From an uncultured Gammaproteobacteria bacterium (lineage in GTDB: Bacteria; Pseudomonadota; Gammaproteobacteria; CAWCPV01), in NCBI GenBank assembly GCA_963797555.1, contig CAWCPV010000003.1, positions 384,001-448,000 of the forward strand: DNA of 64,000 nt, read 5' to 3'. Positions 41,153 to 52,619 of the stretch are shown here, one piece after another; position 1 is the stretch's first letter; each line of letters opens with the position of its first letter. Position numbers and translations under genes: made by a program. A model generated the notes under the pieces. It did no database searches. It was not told where the DNA came from and was given only the letters and a program-made list of their open reading frames with translations.

Positions 41153-42085
41153 TCAGGGAGTGTACCCAAAACTTTCCCTGAACCGCACCTCGAGCGCGGC
41201 CCGGTCGAAGCGGTGGTTCTGCGTTCCATGTTGCTCCACCTTGATGGTCCCCATCAAGGCGGCCAGACGGCCCGTCGTCTCCCAGTCCATGCCATGCATG
41301 AGTCCGTAAAGCAGTCCGGCCCGGTAGGCATCTCCGCAGCCGGTCGGATCGACCACGGCGCGTGGCTCGGCGGTAGGAATATCGACGCGCCGCTCGCCCG
41401 TGTAAATCGAGGAGCCCTTCGCCCCGCGGGTGATAATAAGCGCCTGAACCCGCTCGGCCAACTCGTGGGGGCTCTGTCCGGTGCGGCTGACGAGAAGCTG
41501 GGCCTCATAGTCGTTGAGCGTGACCCACGCCGCCTGTTCGACGAAACGCAGCAGCTCCCCGCCATCGAACATCGGCATGCCTTGGCCTGGATCGAAGATG
41601 AACGGGATACCCGATTCCGCCAACTGCTCGGCATGCTCTATCATGCCCCGCCGACCGTCCGGAGAAACGATGCCGATGGTGGCACCGCTCACGCTGTCCA
41701 CCCGGTTGAAGTGCGAGAACTCCATCGCCCCGGGATGGAATGCCGTGATCTGGTTGTCGTCCAGGTCGGTGGTGATAAAAGCCTGCGCCGTGAACGTGTT
41801 GTCCACCACGGTGATGTGCTGGGTCGGCAGTCCGCAGGACTCCATCCACTGAGCATAAGGGCCGAAATCGGTCCCTACGGTGCCCATGGGCAGGGCATTT
41901 GCTCCCAAAAGCTTGAGGGTGTAAGCGATGTTCCCCGCGCAGCCGCCGAACTCTCTGCGCATCTCCGATACGAGGAATGAAACGTTCAGGATATGGACCT
42001 GGTCCGGAAGGATGTGCTCCTTGAACCGGTCGTGGAATACCATGATGGTATCGTAGGCCAGAGATCCGCAGATGACCGCCGCCAT
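41153..42085 (-). CDS. PfkB-family carbohydrate/nucleoside (adenosine-like) kinase
   Basis: GSLAYD, FGGCAGNIAY, FDPGQ and DPTGCGDAYRAG. Confidence 0.9.
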   Translation of the reverse strand: MAAVICGSLAYDTIMVFHDRFKEHILPDQVHILNVSFLVSEMRREFGGCAGNIAYTLKLLGANALPMGTVGTDFGPYAQWMESCGLPTQHITVVDNTFTAQAFITTDLDDNQITAFHPGAMEFSHFNRVDSVSGATIGIVSPDGRRGMIEHAEQLAESGIPFIFDPGQGMPMFDGGELLRFVEQAAWVTLNDYEAQLLVSRTGQSPHELAERVQALIITRGAKGSSIYTGERRVDIPTAEPRAVVDPTGCGDAYRAGLLYGLMHGMDWETTGRLAALMGTIKVEQHGTQNHRFDRAALEVRFRESFGYTP

Positions 42086-42420
42086 AGTGTGGCTCCCTAC
42101 CCGCTCATGGTGGTATTCGCGACCCCGGACATGCAACCGGTTGCGGCGCCATGAGCGGTCCGTTCACCTCGGCACCCCCAGCCGCGGCGTTTTTCCACAG
42201 TGACGCTTCGGACGCGGCCGGCTGCTGTGCTCACCTGCCAGACGGCGCCGCACGGTCCGGCACCACGTCGCATGCCCGAGCGCTTGGCCGTGTGAGAGCT
42301 GATGAATCAACTCGTCGCTGCGGCCTGTGCGCGTCGCTGTCGGGCCGCTCGCCATGATCTTCCACAAGCTGTGAGCCCGGAGCCACGAATGTGCGGCCAT
42401 GTGGCCACCACGCAAGCCCG

Positions 42421-43875
42421 CTAGTCCCGGCCGCCGACCCACCTCACGTCCAGCTCACGCGCCGCCCGCACCTCGTCAAGTCGCCGTACCGGCTGGGTAT
42501 AGGGCGCCCCTTTCAGGCGCTCGGGCTCCGCCTCGGCCTCCTCCCTGATGCGCCGCATCGCCTCGACGAAGTCGTCCAACACCTCCTTGCTCTCCGTCTC
42601 GGTCGGCTCGATGAGCAGGCATTCCGGCACCAGGAGGGGAAAATAGGTGGTCGGAGCATGATGGCCGAAGTCCAGCAAGCGCTTGGCCACGTCCATCGCG
42701 GTCACCCCGTTGCGCTCCTTGAGCTGCTTGATCGTGACGATGAACTCGTGCACCGCCCGCCGACGCGGAAACGCCGGCTCGAACCCCACCCTCGTCAGCT
42801 CTGCCATGAGATAGTTGGCGTTCAAGGTGGCGAACTCGGCCACGCGGGCGATCCCGTCCCCACCCAGCATGCGCAGGTAAACATAGGCCCGCAGCAACAC
42901 GCCCACGTTCCCTGCGTGGGCGGACAAGCGCCCGATCGACTGCGGACAGTCATCTTCTGTGAGCCACCGATACTCGCTGCCGTCGTACGCCACCATCGGC
43001 ACAGGCAGGAACGGGAGCAGCCGGGCACTGGCACCCACCGGACCGGCACCCGGGCCGCCGCCGCCATGGGGCGTGGAGAAGGTCTTGTGAAGGTTCAGGT
43101 GCACGACATCGAAGCCCATATCGGCCGGCCGTACCTTGCCCAGGATGGCGTTGAGGTTAGCCCCGTCGTAATAAAGGAGGCCACCGCAGTCGTGCACGAT
43201 GCGAGCGATATCGACGATACGCCGCTCGAACACACCGAGCGTCGAGGGGTTGGTCAGCATAATCCCCGCCGTCTGCGCCCCCACTGCCAGCCTTAGGGCA
43301 GCGAGATCCACGTCGCCCTCCGAATCGGTCGGGACCTCGCGCACGGTATAGCCGCACATCGCCGCGGTGGCTGGATTGGTGCCGTGGGCCGCATCAGGCA
43401 CGATTATCTCCCTGCGTGCGGCGTCTCCCCGGGCATCATGGTAGGCGCGCATCATGGCCACACCCGCGAACTCGCCCTGCGCCCCCGCCATCGGGGTCAG
43501 GGAGACGGCACGCATGCCGGTCACTTCCTTGAGCATCTCCTGCAGCTCGTAGAGACAGGCCATCACGCCTTGCCCCATGGCTTCCGGCGCGGCGGGGTGC
43601 CGCCCCATGAAGCCGGGCAGCATTGCCAAACGGTTGCACCCCCGCGGGTTGTACTTCATCGTGCAGGAGCCCAAGGGGTAGAAGTGCGTATCGACCGAAA
43701 AGTTCTGCTGAGAGAGGCGTGTGTAGTGACGCACCACCTGCAGTTCGGACACCTCGGGGAGCGCGGGCGGCCGGTGGCGCAGCAGCCGCTCCGGAATGTC
43801 CGTCGCTTGCGGCACCTGTCGCGGCGACTGGGCGCAAGCGCGGCGTCCCGCTCGGGACTGCTCAAAGATCACCAT
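42421..43875 (-). CDS. gcvPB: Glycine dehydrogenase subunit 2
   Basis: [39 protein letters not shown] and IEPTETESK. Confidence 0.97.
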   Translation of the reverse strand: MVIFEQSRAGRRACAQSPRQVPQATDIPERLLRHRPPALPEVSELQVVRHYTRLSQQNFSVDTHFYPLGSCTMKYNPRGCNRLAMLPGFMGRHPAAPEAMGQGVMACLYELQEMLKEVTGMRAVSLTPMAGAQGEFAGVAMMRAYHDARGDAARREIIVPDAAHGTNPATAAMCGYTVREVPTDSEGDVDLAALRLAVGAQTAGIMLTNPSTLGVFERRIVDIARIVHDCGGLLYYDGANLNAILGKVRPADMGFDVVHLNLHKTFSTPHGGGGPGAGPVGASARLLPFLPVPMVAYDGSEYRWLTEDDCPQSIGRLSAHAGNVGVLLRAYVYLRMLGGDGIARVAEFATLNANYLMAELTRVGFEPAFPRRRAVHEFIVTIKQLKERNGVTAMDVAKRLLDFGHHAPTTYFPLLVPECLLIEPTETESKEVLDDFVEAMRRIREEAEAEPERLKGAPYTQPVRRLDEVRAARELDVRWVGGRD

Positions 43876-43884
43876 GCGCAGAGG

Positions 43885-44388
43885 TCACCTGTTGAGCACC
43901 GCCAGTGCCGCCTCATAGTCTGGCTCCTGTCCGATCTCGGGCACGAGCTGCGTATAGATCACTCTGTCGTTCTCGTCCAGCACCACCACGGCACGCGCGG
44001 TCAGACCCGCCAGCCGTCCGTCGGCGATCATCACCCCGTAGTCCAGGGCAAAGTCCGGCGAGCGCATCAGCGAGAGCGGCACGACATTCTCCAGCCCCTC
44101 GGCGGCGCAGAAGCGCTTCTGCGCAAAGGGCAGGTCGGCCGACACCACGAGCATGACGGTATTGGGCGCCTCAGCGGCTTGGGCACTGAAGCGGCGCGTC
44201 GACTCTGCGCACACCGCGGTGTCCAAGCTGGGCACGATGTTGATGAGCTTTCTCCTGCCTCTGAAATCCGCCAGCGTGACGTTGTTCAGCTCCCGGTCGA
44301 CCAAGTGGAAATCGGGGGCCTGGCTTCCGACCGCAGGCAGCTCGCCATTGGTGTGGATTGGATTACCCTTGAAGGTGACGGTAGCCAT
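43885..44388 (-). CDS. tpx: Thiol peroxidase
   Basis: [20 protein letters not shown] and EPDYEAAL. Confidence 0.95.
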   Translation of the reverse strand: MATVTFKGNPIHTNGELPAVGSQAPDFHLVDRELNNVTLADFRGRRKLINIVPSLDTAVCAESTRRFSAQAAEAPNTVMLVVSADLPFAQKRFCAAEGLENVVPLSLMRSPDFALDYGVMIADGRLAGLTARAVVVLDENDRVIYTQLVPEIGQEPDYEAALAVLNR

Positions 44389-44476
44389 TCTCTATTCTCC
44401 TTCCGAACTCTTGGGATGTGGGCGGGATTCGGCGACAATCGGCGGCGTCAATGCTGGAACTGGAGGGAGGACCGCT

Positions 44477-45874
44477 CTACCACTTGGGGCCGACGGGGCA
44501 GGCCACCACCTTGCGCCGCTCCAAGATGCGTCGCAGGTGCTCCGTGTAGACCCGAAGGTCTTCTGCGGACCTCGCCTCGGTGGCGCATACCAGTAACGCT
44601 TCGCCTAACTCCGGATAGTGCGGCTTGACGGCATAGCCGGCGAGCAGGTCCTGTGCCGCTAGCGCACGCTGCACCTCGTCGACGGGCAAAGGCAGGCGCA
44701 ACAATACCTCGTGAAAGAACGGTCGATTGAATACGCGTTCCACTCCGGGCAGTCCGGTAAGGCCTTGGGCGAGCGCCGCGGTATTGGCATGACACTGAGC
44801 GGCCACGCGCTTCAGGCCCTCGCCACCCATCAGGGCCATGTGTATGGTCGCCGCAGTCACCATCAGGCCCTGATTGGTGCAGATATTGGACGTGGCCTTG
44901 GAGCGCCGGATGTGCTGCTCGCGGGCTTGCAGCGTCAGGGTATAGCCGCTGCGTCCGTCGCGGTCCACCGTACGCCCCACGAGGCGGCCGGGCATCTGGC
45001 GCACGTGGGCCTCCTTGCAACACATAAACCCGAAGTAGGGCCCGCCCGACGAAAGCGGGACCCCCAGGGGCTGACCCTCGCCGCACGCGATGTCCGCACC
45101 GTTGCTGCCCCATTCCCCAGGGGGCGAGAGCAGCCCCATGGCTACGGGGTTGACCAAACCGATAACCAGCAGACCCGCGCGGTGGGCTCGGTCGGTCAAG
45201 GTGTCCACCTCCTCCAACACGCCGAAGAAGTTAGGCTGAGGAACGACCAGGGCCGCGAAGTCACCCCCCTCGTATTCCCTGAGTGCCTCCGGGTCGAGAT
45301 GGCCGCCGACTTTCGAGTATGGCACCTCCTCGAGACCGATCCCCTGGTTGCGGACGATGGCATGCACGACGCGCCGGTAAATGGGATGCACCGTCGCCGG
45401 CATCAGCACCCGGCGCGCCCCGGAGCGGCGCGACAGACGCACCGCCATGAGCACCGCCTCAGCCAGGGCAGAGGCCCCGTCGTACAGCGAGGCGTTGGCG
45501 ACCTCCATGCTCATGAGGTTCGCCATCATGGTCTGGTATTCGTAGATCAGCTGCAGAGTACCCTGGCTGGCCTCGGCCTGGTAGGGGGTATAGGCGCTGT
45601 AAAACTCGCCCCGCGCGGCGATTTCCCAGACTGCAGCCGGGATGTGGTGCTCGTAAGCACCTGCACCGACGAAGCAGAGGGGCTGCCCGTCGCGGGTAGC
45701 ACGCTGCGCCATCAGGCGCGTCACCTCCCCCTCGCTAAGCGGCGTCGGCAACCCTTGGAGCCGGACGCCGCGCAGGGCGGCCGGAATCTCCGCGAACAGC
45801 TCATCGATGCTGCCCACCCCGATGGCCGACAGCATGGCCCGAACATCATCATCGGTGTGCGGGATGAATGGCAT
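44477..45874 (-). CDS. gcvPA: Glycine dehydrogenase subunit 1
   Basis: [28 protein letters not shown] and [18 protein letters not shown]. Confidence 0.97.
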   Translation of the reverse strand: MPFIPHTDDDVRAMLSAIGVGSIDELFAEIPAALRGVRLQGLPTPLSEGEVTRLMAQRATRDGQPLCFVGAGAYEHHIPAAVWEIAARGEFYSAYTPYQAEASQGTLQLIYEYQTMMANLMSMEVANASLYDGASALAEAVLMAVRLSRRSGARRVLMPATVHPIYRRVVHAIVRNQGIGLEEVPYSKVGGHLDPEALREYEGGDFAALVVPQPNFFGVLEEVDTLTDRAHRAGLLVIGLVNPVAMGLLSPPGEWGSNGADIACGEGQPLGVPLSSGGPYFGFMCCKEAHVRQMPGRLVGRTVDRDGRSGYTLTLQAREQHIRRSKATSNICTNQGLMVTAATIHMALMGGEGLKRVAAQCHANTAALAQGLTGLPGVERVFNRPFFHEVLLRLPLPVDEVQRALAAQDLLAGYAVKPHYPELGEALLVCATEARSAEDLRVYTEHLRRILERRKVVACPVGPKW

Positions 45875-45909
45875 GATCCCACCCGAGGTGGCGGGCCGGA
45901 GCCGCCGGT

Positions 45910-46305
45910 TCAGCTCTCCTCGGACGCGATCAACGACGCATAGGCGGCAGGGGTCAGGAGAGCGTCGACGGCCTTGGAGTCCACGGGACGAAGCCGGAAC
46001 AGCCAACCCTCGCCATAGGGATCCTGATTGATCACCTCGGGCTGGTCGGTCAGGGCATCGTTGATCTCCGCTACCTCGCCGGCCAGGGGAGCGTATATGT
46101 CCGACGCCGCCTTGACGGACTCCACGACACCGCATTCTTCGCCTTGAGACAGTGAGCTGCCCACCTCCGGCAGCTCGATAAACACCATATCGCCGAGCAG
46201 CTCTTGGGCGTGGTCGGTGATGCCCACCCGGAGAGTGCCATCGTCCAACGGCTTCACCCACTCATGGGTCTCGGTATATCTAAGCTCTTCAGGCAGCTTG
46301 CTCAT
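45910..46305 (-). CDS. gcvH: Glycine cleavage system H protein
   Basis: [25 protein letters not shown] (lipoyl Lys) and DPYGEGW. Confidence 0.97.
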   Translation of the reverse strand: MSKLPEELRYTETHEWVKPLDDGTLRVGITDHAQELLGDMVFIELPEVGSSLSQGEECGVVESVKAASDIYAPLAGEVAEINDALTDQPEVINQDPYGEGWLFRLRPVDSKAVDALLTPAAYASLIASEES

Positions 46306-47411
46306 AGCGTCACCCCGGCGGACTGGACCATCGGCTTGCCGTGGCGCACGAAGGGTGGCTTGACCACCCGCGCCGCGCATAGTTTGCCACGGATCTCGAC
46401 GTGGCAGGGAGCCTCGTAAGGCGTCGCCGCTGGGACCCTGGCAAGCGCGATGGACACACCCAAGGTGGGCGCGAAGCCGCCGCTGGTCACCATCCCTTCT
46501 CCGATCGCGTCCACGACGACCCGCTGGTGGCTGCGCAGGACGCCCCGGTCGGTGAGCACGAGACCCACCTGCTTCCGTGCGGGTCCGCCTCTCCTCTGAG
46601 CCTCCAGCGCGCTCCGCCCCACGAAATCCCGGGTGCGCGGCTCCCAGGCGATGGTCCAGCCAAGCCCAGCCTCGAGCGGCGAGGTGTCCTCGTCCATGTC
46701 CGATCCGTACAGGCAGAGCCCGGCCTCCAGCCGCAATGTGTCCCGCGCACCGAGGCCGCACGGCCCAACGCCCTGTTTTTCAAGTCCGTGCCACAAGGCC
46801 GCGGCGGAGGCGCTCGGCACCATGACCTCGAAGCCGTCCTCTCCCGTATAGCCGGTGCGCGCGACCAGGTGATGTCCGTCGCTGCACGCGGTGAACGGCT
46901 TGAGCTCGCGGGCCTGCGCCCGCAGGGACTCCGGCAGCACAGGATAGGTTCGGTCCCGGGCTTGCGGTCCCTGAACCGCCAGCATCGCCAAGTCCTCCCG
47001 GGGCCTGACCTCCACCTGCCGACCTGCCGCGTGACGGGCTATCCAGGCCAGGTCCTTCTCCTTCGTCGCGGCATTCACCACGAGGCGCAACGCGTCCGGA
47101 GCAAGGGCATAGGCGATCAGGTCGTCCATGACGCTGCCGCTCGGATTCAGCATGCAGGTGTAGAGGCCCTTGCCCGGCCGCAGCGTGCCCACGTCGTTGG
47201 CCAGCAGGTAACTTAAGAGTCCCGCGCTGCCCGGTCCGGCCAGGTCGACGATTCCCATGTGGGAGACATCGAACACACCGGCGGCGCGCCGCACCTGCTG
47301 GTGCTCCGCTACCTGGGAGCCATAATTCAGCGGCATGTCCCAGCCGGCGAAGTCGACCATCCGCGCACCGGCCGAGCGATGAATCTGATAGAGAGGCGTG
47401 CGTTTCGCCAC
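46302..47411 (-). CDS. gcvT: Glycine cleavage system aminomethyltransferase T
   Basis: KRTPLY, FDVSHMG, RTGYTGEDGFE and GLGARDTLRLEAG. Confidence 0.97.
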   Translation of the reverse strand: MAKRTPLYQIHRSAGARMVDFAGWDMPLNYGSQVAEHQQVRRAAGVFDVSHMGIVDLAGPGSAGLLSYLLANDVGTLRPGKGLYTCMLNPSGSVMDDLIAYALAPDALRLVVNAATKEKDLAWIARHAAGRQVEVRPREDLAMLAVQGPQARDRTYPVLPESLRAQARELKPFTACSDGHHLVARTGYTGEDGFEVMVPSASAAALWHGLEKQGVGPCGLGARDTLRLEAGLCLYGSDMDEDTSPLEAGLGWTIAWEPRTRDFVGRSALEAQRRGGPARKQVGLVLTDRGVLRSHQRVVVDAIGEGMVTSGGFAPTLGVSIALARVPAATPYEAPCHVEIRGKLCAARVVKPPFVRHGKPMVQSAGVTL

Positions 47412-47420
47412 TGCCAGCAA

Positions 47421-47449
47421 CAAAAAAGGGTGGGTCGCCCCACCCTTTC
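47421..47449 (-). terminator. Intrinsic terminator after fba
   Basis: Minus strand AAAGGGTGGG-GGCGA-CCCACCCTTT hairpin with a T-run, immediately after the fba stop. Confidence 0.75.
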
Positions 47450-47474
47450 TCGTCGAGAGCGCCTGCTGTCGCGA

Positions 47475-48575
47475 CTAGCCCACCTTGGCCGCCACCCTGG
47501 CGCTAGAGCGAACCTCCACCCGGGGAGCCAGCTCGCCTTTGGCGTAGCGCATGCTCATGGCGGCCAGTGACAAGGGCTTGATTTTGGAGGCCATGCCAGC
47601 CGCCCCGAAGGCCTGGAAGCGCGCCTTGCAGATGTCCGCCATGGCCTTGGTGGACACCTTCAAGAACTTGCGCGGATCGAACTCCTTGGCATTCTCTGCA
47701 AGGAACTTGCGGACAGCGCCGGTCGAGGCCATACGCAGGTCGGTGTCGATGTTGACCTTGCGCACCCCGTGCTTGATGCCTTCCTGGATCTCCTCGACCG
47801 GCACTCCGTAGGTCTGGCCCATGTCGCCGCCGTAGCTGTTGATGATTCGCAGCCAGTCCTGCGGCACAGAGCTCGATCCGTGCATCACCAGATGGGTGTT
47901 CGGAACGCGGGCGTGGATCTCCTTGACGCGCTCAATGGCCAGGATATCGCCCGTCGGTGGGCGGGTGAACTTGTACGCCCCATGGCTGGTCCCGATGGCG
48001 ATGGCCAGTGCGTCCACACCCGTATTGGCCACGAAATCCGCGGCCTGCTCGGGATCGGTCAGCAGCATATCGTGGGACAGCTTGCCCTCGGCGCCTACGC
48101 CATCCTCCTCGCCAGCCATTCCGGTCTCGAGCGACCCCAGGCAGCCCAGTTCACCCTCCACGGATACGCCCACGGCGTGAGCCATCTCGACCACCTTGCG
48201 CGTCACGTCGACGTTATACTCGTAGCTGGCAGGGCTCTTCATGTCCTCCAGCAAGGAGCCGTCCATCATCACCGAGGTGAAGCCGCTCTGGATAGAGCGC
48301 AGGCACACGGCCGCGGATGCGCCGTGGTCCTGGTGCATGCAAATGGGAATGTGAGGCCATTCCTCCACCGCCGCGATCAGCAGATGCCGCAGAAACGGCT
48401 CCCCGGCATAGGAGCGCGCCCCCGCGGATGCCTGCAGGATCACCGGGCTGTCCACGGCATCGGCCGCCTGCATGATGGATTGCACCTGCTCCATGTTATT
48501 CACGTTGAACGACGGCATCCCGTAGCCATGCTCGGCCGCATGGTCCAAAAGCTGGCGTAGCGTGATTAACGCCAT
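47475..48575 (-). CDS. fba: Class II fructose-bisphosphate aldolase (CbbA type)
   Basis: [32 protein letters not shown] and KVNIDTD. Confidence 0.97.
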   Translation of the reverse strand: MALITLRQLLDHAAEHGYGMPSFNVNNMEQVQSIMQAADAVDSPVILQASAGARSYAGEPFLRHLLIAAVEEWPHIPICMHQDHGASAAVCLRSIQSGFTSVMMDGSLLEDMKSPASYEYNVDVTRKVVEMAHAVGVSVEGELGCLGSLETGMAGEEDGVGAEGKLSHDMLLTDPEQAADFVANTGVDALAIAIGTSHGAYKFTRPPTGDILAIERVKEIHARVPNTHLVMHGSSSVPQDWLRIINSYGGDMGQTYGVPVEEIQEGIKHGVRKVNIDTDLRMASTGAVRKFLAENAKEFDPRKFLKVSTKAMADICKARFQAFGAAGMASKIKPLSLAAMSMRYAKGELAPRVEVRSSARVAAKVG

Positions 48576-48658
48576 GGTTTCCTCCTCTCGGTCTTGATGT
48601 CGAGCAAACGTTTATTGTAGCAAATGGGATTTGCGGAATTCCCCAGTATCTGTCCGGT

Positions 48659-50101
48659 TCAATCCTGTGGCATCACGAGATCGCCTACGCGCACGATCTT
48701 CATGGCGTTGGTGCCGCCGTGCGAGCCGATCAGATCGCCCTTGGTGATGATCACCAAGTCTCCATCGGCGATGGCGGCCCGGCTCTCCAGCTCGTCGATG
48801 GCGGCCCGGTTGACGACAGGATGATCCGTGCTCTGCGGGTCGAAAAATACGGGTGAGACCCCGCGGAACAAGGTCACTTTGCGCAGCGTTTGACGCTGAC
48901 GGCTGAGCGCGTAAATAGGGATGCCGGAGCTGATGCGGGACATCCATAGCGCGGTGGCGCCTGACTCGGTAAGGGCGGCGATGGCCCGCACGCCCAAGTG
49001 GTTGGCGGTATACATGGTGGCCATGGCGATGGCCTCGTCCACCCGCCCGAACTGGCTGTTGATGCGGTGATCGGAGACCCGGGCGAGGCGCTGCTTCTCC
49101 GCCTCGCGGCAGATGCGATCCATGGCCTCTACCGCCTGCGCCGGGAAGCGCCCTGCGGCGGTCTCCGCCGAGAGCATGACGGCATCGGTGCCGTCCAGGA
49201 CCGCGTTGGCAACATCGAACACCTCGGCCCGGGTGGGGATGGGGTGGGAAATCATCGATTCCATCATCTGGGTGGCCGTGATCACCGCCCGGTTCATCGC
49301 GCGCGAACGCTCGATGATGCGCTTCTGGACGGGTGGCAGCGCGGCATCACCAATCTCCACACCGAGGTCACCGCGGGCGATCATCACCGCGTCGGCCGCG
49401 CCGATGATCTCCTCGAGACCCTCCACGGCCTCGGCGCGCTCGATCTTGGCCACGACCGCTCCATGGCCACCCGCCGCACGCAGCAGCTCGCGGGCCTCGT
49501 TGATGTCGGCCGCGGAGCGGGGAAAGGACACGGCGAGGTAGTCCACTCCCATGCTGGCCGCGACCCTAATGTCGTTTCGATCCTTGTCGGTCAGGGCGGG
49601 GGCCGACAGGCCGCCACCCTGGCGATTGATGCCTTTGTGGCTGGAGAGTAGACCTCCCACGACGACCTTGGTGCGGATCTGGCTGCCGGTCACCTCCTCG
49701 GCCCACAGCGCTATCTGGCCATCGTCCAAGAGCAGCGTATCCCCGCGATCGACGTCGTCCGGAAGGCTCTTGTAGGAGATGCCCACGCAGTCCTGGGTGC
49801 CTGCGTCCGGGGGGCACTGGGCGTCGAGCACGAAGCGAGCGCCCTCTTCCAAGAGGATCTTTCCTTCGCGGAAGCCCTCGATGCGGATCTTCGGCCCTTG
49901 CAGATCCGCCAGAAGCCCCACCTCGCGGCCCATCCACGCCGCCCGCTCGCGCAGCAGCCAGGCCCGTTCCTGGTGTTTCTCGATGACGTCGTGGGAGAAG
50001 TTGAGGCGGGCGACGTCGATACCGGCCACGATCATGGCGCTCATGATCCGCGGGTCGTCCGTCGCCGGCCCCAGAGTTGCAACGATCTTGGTGCGTCTCA
50101 A
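48659..50101 (-). CDS. pyk: Pyruvate kinase
   Basis: RRTKIVATLGP, RLNFSH, DLQGPKIR, ARGDLGVE and ATQMMESM. Confidence 0.97.
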   Translation of the reverse strand: MRRTKIVATLGPATDDPRIMSAMIVAGIDVARLNFSHDVIEKHQERAWLLRERAAWMGREVGLLADLQGPKIRIEGFREGKILLEEGARFVLDAQCPPDAGTQDCVGISYKSLPDDVDRGDTLLLDDGQIALWAEEVTGSQIRTKVVVGGLLSSHKGINRQGGGLSAPALTDKDRNDIRVAASMGVDYLAVSFPRSAADINEARELLRAAGGHGAVVAKIERAEAVEGLEEIIGAADAVMIARGDLGVEIGDAALPPVQKRIIERSRAMNRAVITATQMMESMISHPIPTRAEVFDVANAVLDGTDAVMLSAETAAGRFPAQAVEAMDRICREAEKQRLARVSDHRINSQFGRVDEAIAMATMYTANHLGVRAIAALTESGATALWMSRISSGIPIYALSRQRQTLRKVTLFRGVSPVFFDPQSTDHPVVNRAAIDELESRAAIADGDLVIITKGDLIGSHGGTNAMKIVRVGDLVMPQD

Positions 50102-50140
50102 CGAAGGCTACCGGGGAAACGGCAGCCGGCAAGGTCCAGC

Positions 50141-51325
50141 TCAGGACCCTGCGCCTGCCCGTTCCTCTAGGATGGCGACGGCAGGCAGCTTCTTGCCTTC
50201 CAAGAACTCCAGGAACGCGCCGCCGCCGGTCGAAATGTAGGACACCTTGTCGGCAATGCCGTACTTGGCCACCGCAGCGAGGGTGTCACCGCCCCCCGCG
50301 ATAGAGAACGCCGGGCTCGCCGCGATGGCCTCGGCCATGGCTTGGGTGCCGGCCCCGAACTGGTCGAGCTCGAAGACCCCGACCGGCCCGTTCCACACGA
50401 TGGTCCCTGCGGACTTCAGGGTCTCGGCGAAACGCCGCGAAGTCTCGGGTCCGATGTCCAGGATCATCTCGTCCCGGCCCACCTGATCCACCCGCTTCAG
50501 CGTGGCGGCAGCCTTCTCGGAGATCTCCGTGGACACCACCACGTCGCTGGGCACTGGAATGTCCCCGCCGCGAGATCGGGCGGCCTCGCCAAGCCGTCGC
50601 GCCTCGCTCACCAAGTCCGGCTCGTACAGCGACTTGCCCACATCGTTGCCGGCCGCGGCGATGAAAGTGTTGGCGATACCACCCCCTACGATGAGCTGGT
50701 CCACGACCTTGGACAGGGAGTCTAAAACAGTCAGCTTGGTGGAGACCTTGGACCCGCCTACGATAGCCACCATGGGACGGGCCGGTTTCTCCAGGGCATT
50801 GGCGAGAGCCTCCAGCTCCGCAGCGAGCAGCGGACCCGCACAAGCAACCGGTGCATACTTCGCCACGCCGTGCGTGGATGCCTGGGCGCGATGTGCCGTG
50901 CCGAAGGCGTCCATCACGTAAACATCGCACAGCGCCGCCATCTTCCGAGCCAAGCCGTCGTCATTCTTCTTTTCCCCCTTGTTGAAGCGGACGTTCTCGA
51001 CGATGACCACAGCGCCTGGCGCCACGTCCACACCGTCCAGCCAGTCCCTCACCACGCGCACCGGCCTGCCCAGCAAGCCCCCTAGATGGTCCGCCACGGG
51101 CTTGAGCGAGAACCTCTCGTCGTAGACGCCCTCATCGGGGCGTCCCAGGTGGGACATCAGCATGACCTTGGCCCCCGCCTTCAAAGCGTACTGCACCGTG
51201 GGCAGCGAGGCGCGGATGCGGGTGTCGTCCGCGACCCGGCCGTCTTTGAGCGGAACGTTCAGGTCCTCCCGGATCAACAGGCGTTTGTCGGCGAGGTTCA
51301 GGTCGGTCATCTTGATGATGGACAT
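50141..51325 (-). CDS. pgk: Phosphoglycerate kinase
   Basis: [30 protein letters not shown] and [10 protein letters not shown]. Confidence 0.98.
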   Translation of the reverse strand: MSIIKMTDLNLADKRLLIREDLNVPLKDGRVADDTRIRASLPTVQYALKAGAKVMLMSHLGRPDEGVYDERFSLKPVADHLGGLLGRPVRVVRDWLDGVDVAPGAVVIVENVRFNKGEKKNDDGLARKMAALCDVYVMDAFGTAHRAQASTHGVAKYAPVACAGPLLAAELEALANALEKPARPMVAIVGGSKVSTKLTVLDSLSKVVDQLIVGGGIANTFIAAAGNDVGKSLYEPDLVSEARRLGEAARSRGGDIPVPSDVVVSTEISEKAAATLKRVDQVGRDEMILDIGPETSRRFAETLKSAGTIVWNGPVGVFELDQFGAGTQAMAEAIAASPAFSIAGGGDTLAAVAKYGIADKVSYISTGGGAFLEFLEGKKLPAVAILEERAGAGS

Positions 51326-51394
51326 GCAACGGCTCCTTACAAGGACTCCCAGGGCGTTGGAGACACGGGACCGGCCTCCGCCGCCTCCGATGGC

Positions 51395-52408
51395 TCAACG
51401 GGCGTTCATCATCGCGATGGTGGTGTCCAGCATGCGGTTGGAGAACCCCCACTCGTTGTCGTACCAGGACAGGACCTTGACCAGCTTGCCGTCGACCACC
51501 CGCGTCTGGGTCGCGTCGTAGGTGGACGAGACCGGGTCGTGGTTGAAGTCGATGGAGACGAGCGGCTGATCGTTGTAATTCAGGATACCCTTCAGCTCCC
51601 CCTGGGATGCCTCCTTCATGATGGCATCGATCTCCTGCTTGCTGGTCTCGCGCGCCGCCACGAAGGTGAGGTCGACCACCGAGACGTTGATGGTCGGCAC
51701 GCGGATGGCGAAGCCGTCCAGCTTGCCGTTCAGCTCCGGCATCACGAGACCCACCGCAGCAGCCGCCCCGGTCTTGGTGGGAATCTGGGACATGGTGGCG
51801 GCGCGGGCGCGGCGCAGGTCCTCGTGATAGACGTCGGTCAGGACCTGGTCATTGGTGTAGGAGTGGATCGTGGTCATCAGCCCGTGGACCAGCCCGATGT
51901 TCTCGTGCAGCGGCTTGACCAGCGGTGCCAGACAGTTCGTGGTGCAGGAGGCATTGGAGATGACCGTATCGCTGGCCTTGAGCGTGCGGTGGTTGACCCC
52001 GTAGACGATGGTCCCATCCACGTCCTTGCCGCCGGGCGCGGAGATGATCACCTTCTTGGCCCCCGCCTTGAGATGGGCCGACGCCTTCTCCTTGCTGGTG
52101 AAGAGGCCCGTGCACTCATGTACCACGTCCACACCCATCTCCGCCCAGGGGAGCTGGGACGGGTCGCGCTGCGCCAGCACGCGGATCTTGTCCCCGTTCG
52201 CCACCAGATAGTCGCCCTCCACCGTCACCGTGCCCGGGAACTTCCCGTGCACCGTGTCGTATCGCGTCAGGTGCGCGTTGGTATTGGCGTCGCCCAGATC
52301 GTTCAGTGCCACGATCTGGATGTCGTCACGCCGGTCGTGCTCGTAGAGGGCACGCAGAATGTTGCGGCCGATTCGGCCGTACCCGTTGATAGCGACTCTG
52401 ATGGCCAT
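51395..52408 (-). CDS. gap: Glyceraldehyde-3-phosphate dehydrogenase, type I
   Basis: [21 protein letters not shown] and WYDNEWGFS. Confidence 0.98.
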   Translation of the reverse strand: MAIRVAINGYGRIGRNILRALYEHDRRDDIQIVALNDLGDANTNAHLTRYDTVHGKFPGTVTVEGDYLVANGDKIRVLAQRDPSQLPWAEMGVDVVHECTGLFTSKEKASAHLKAGAKKVIISAPGGKDVDGTIVYGVNHRTLKASDTVISNASCTTNCLAPLVKPLHENIGLVHGLMTTIHSYTNDQVLTDVYHEDLRRARAATMSQIPTKTGAAAAVGLVMPELNGKLDGFAIRVPTINVSVVDLTFVAARETSKQEIDAIMKEASQGELKGILNYNDQPLVSIDFNHDPVSSTYDATQTRVVDGKLVKVLSWYDNEWGFSNRMLDTTIAMMNAR

Positions 52409-52619
52409 GGATGTCTCCTTGAAGAGGCTGGTGGGGCGAAAAGCTTTTGAGTTTACAGCAAGAAGCTCTCAACGCCCAATGCCGGCAGCCTCCCGAACGT
52501 GTCGCCGGTCCGAAGGACGCCTGTCGAAACCGTTCGCTGGCCCGCCGGCACCGTTTGCGTAGCTCACCCCTAGGACGGGCCGCCTCGTCGCCCCGCCCGC
52601 GCCGCCGGCCCGGTTCGCT

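Noticed and set aside
43490-52000. GGGGTCAG/TGACCCC matches inside gcvPB, gcvH and gap (and in the antiporter near 10675)
   Set aside because: These are short matches within intact conserved coding sequence, expected by chance at high GC. They are not counted as junction motifs.
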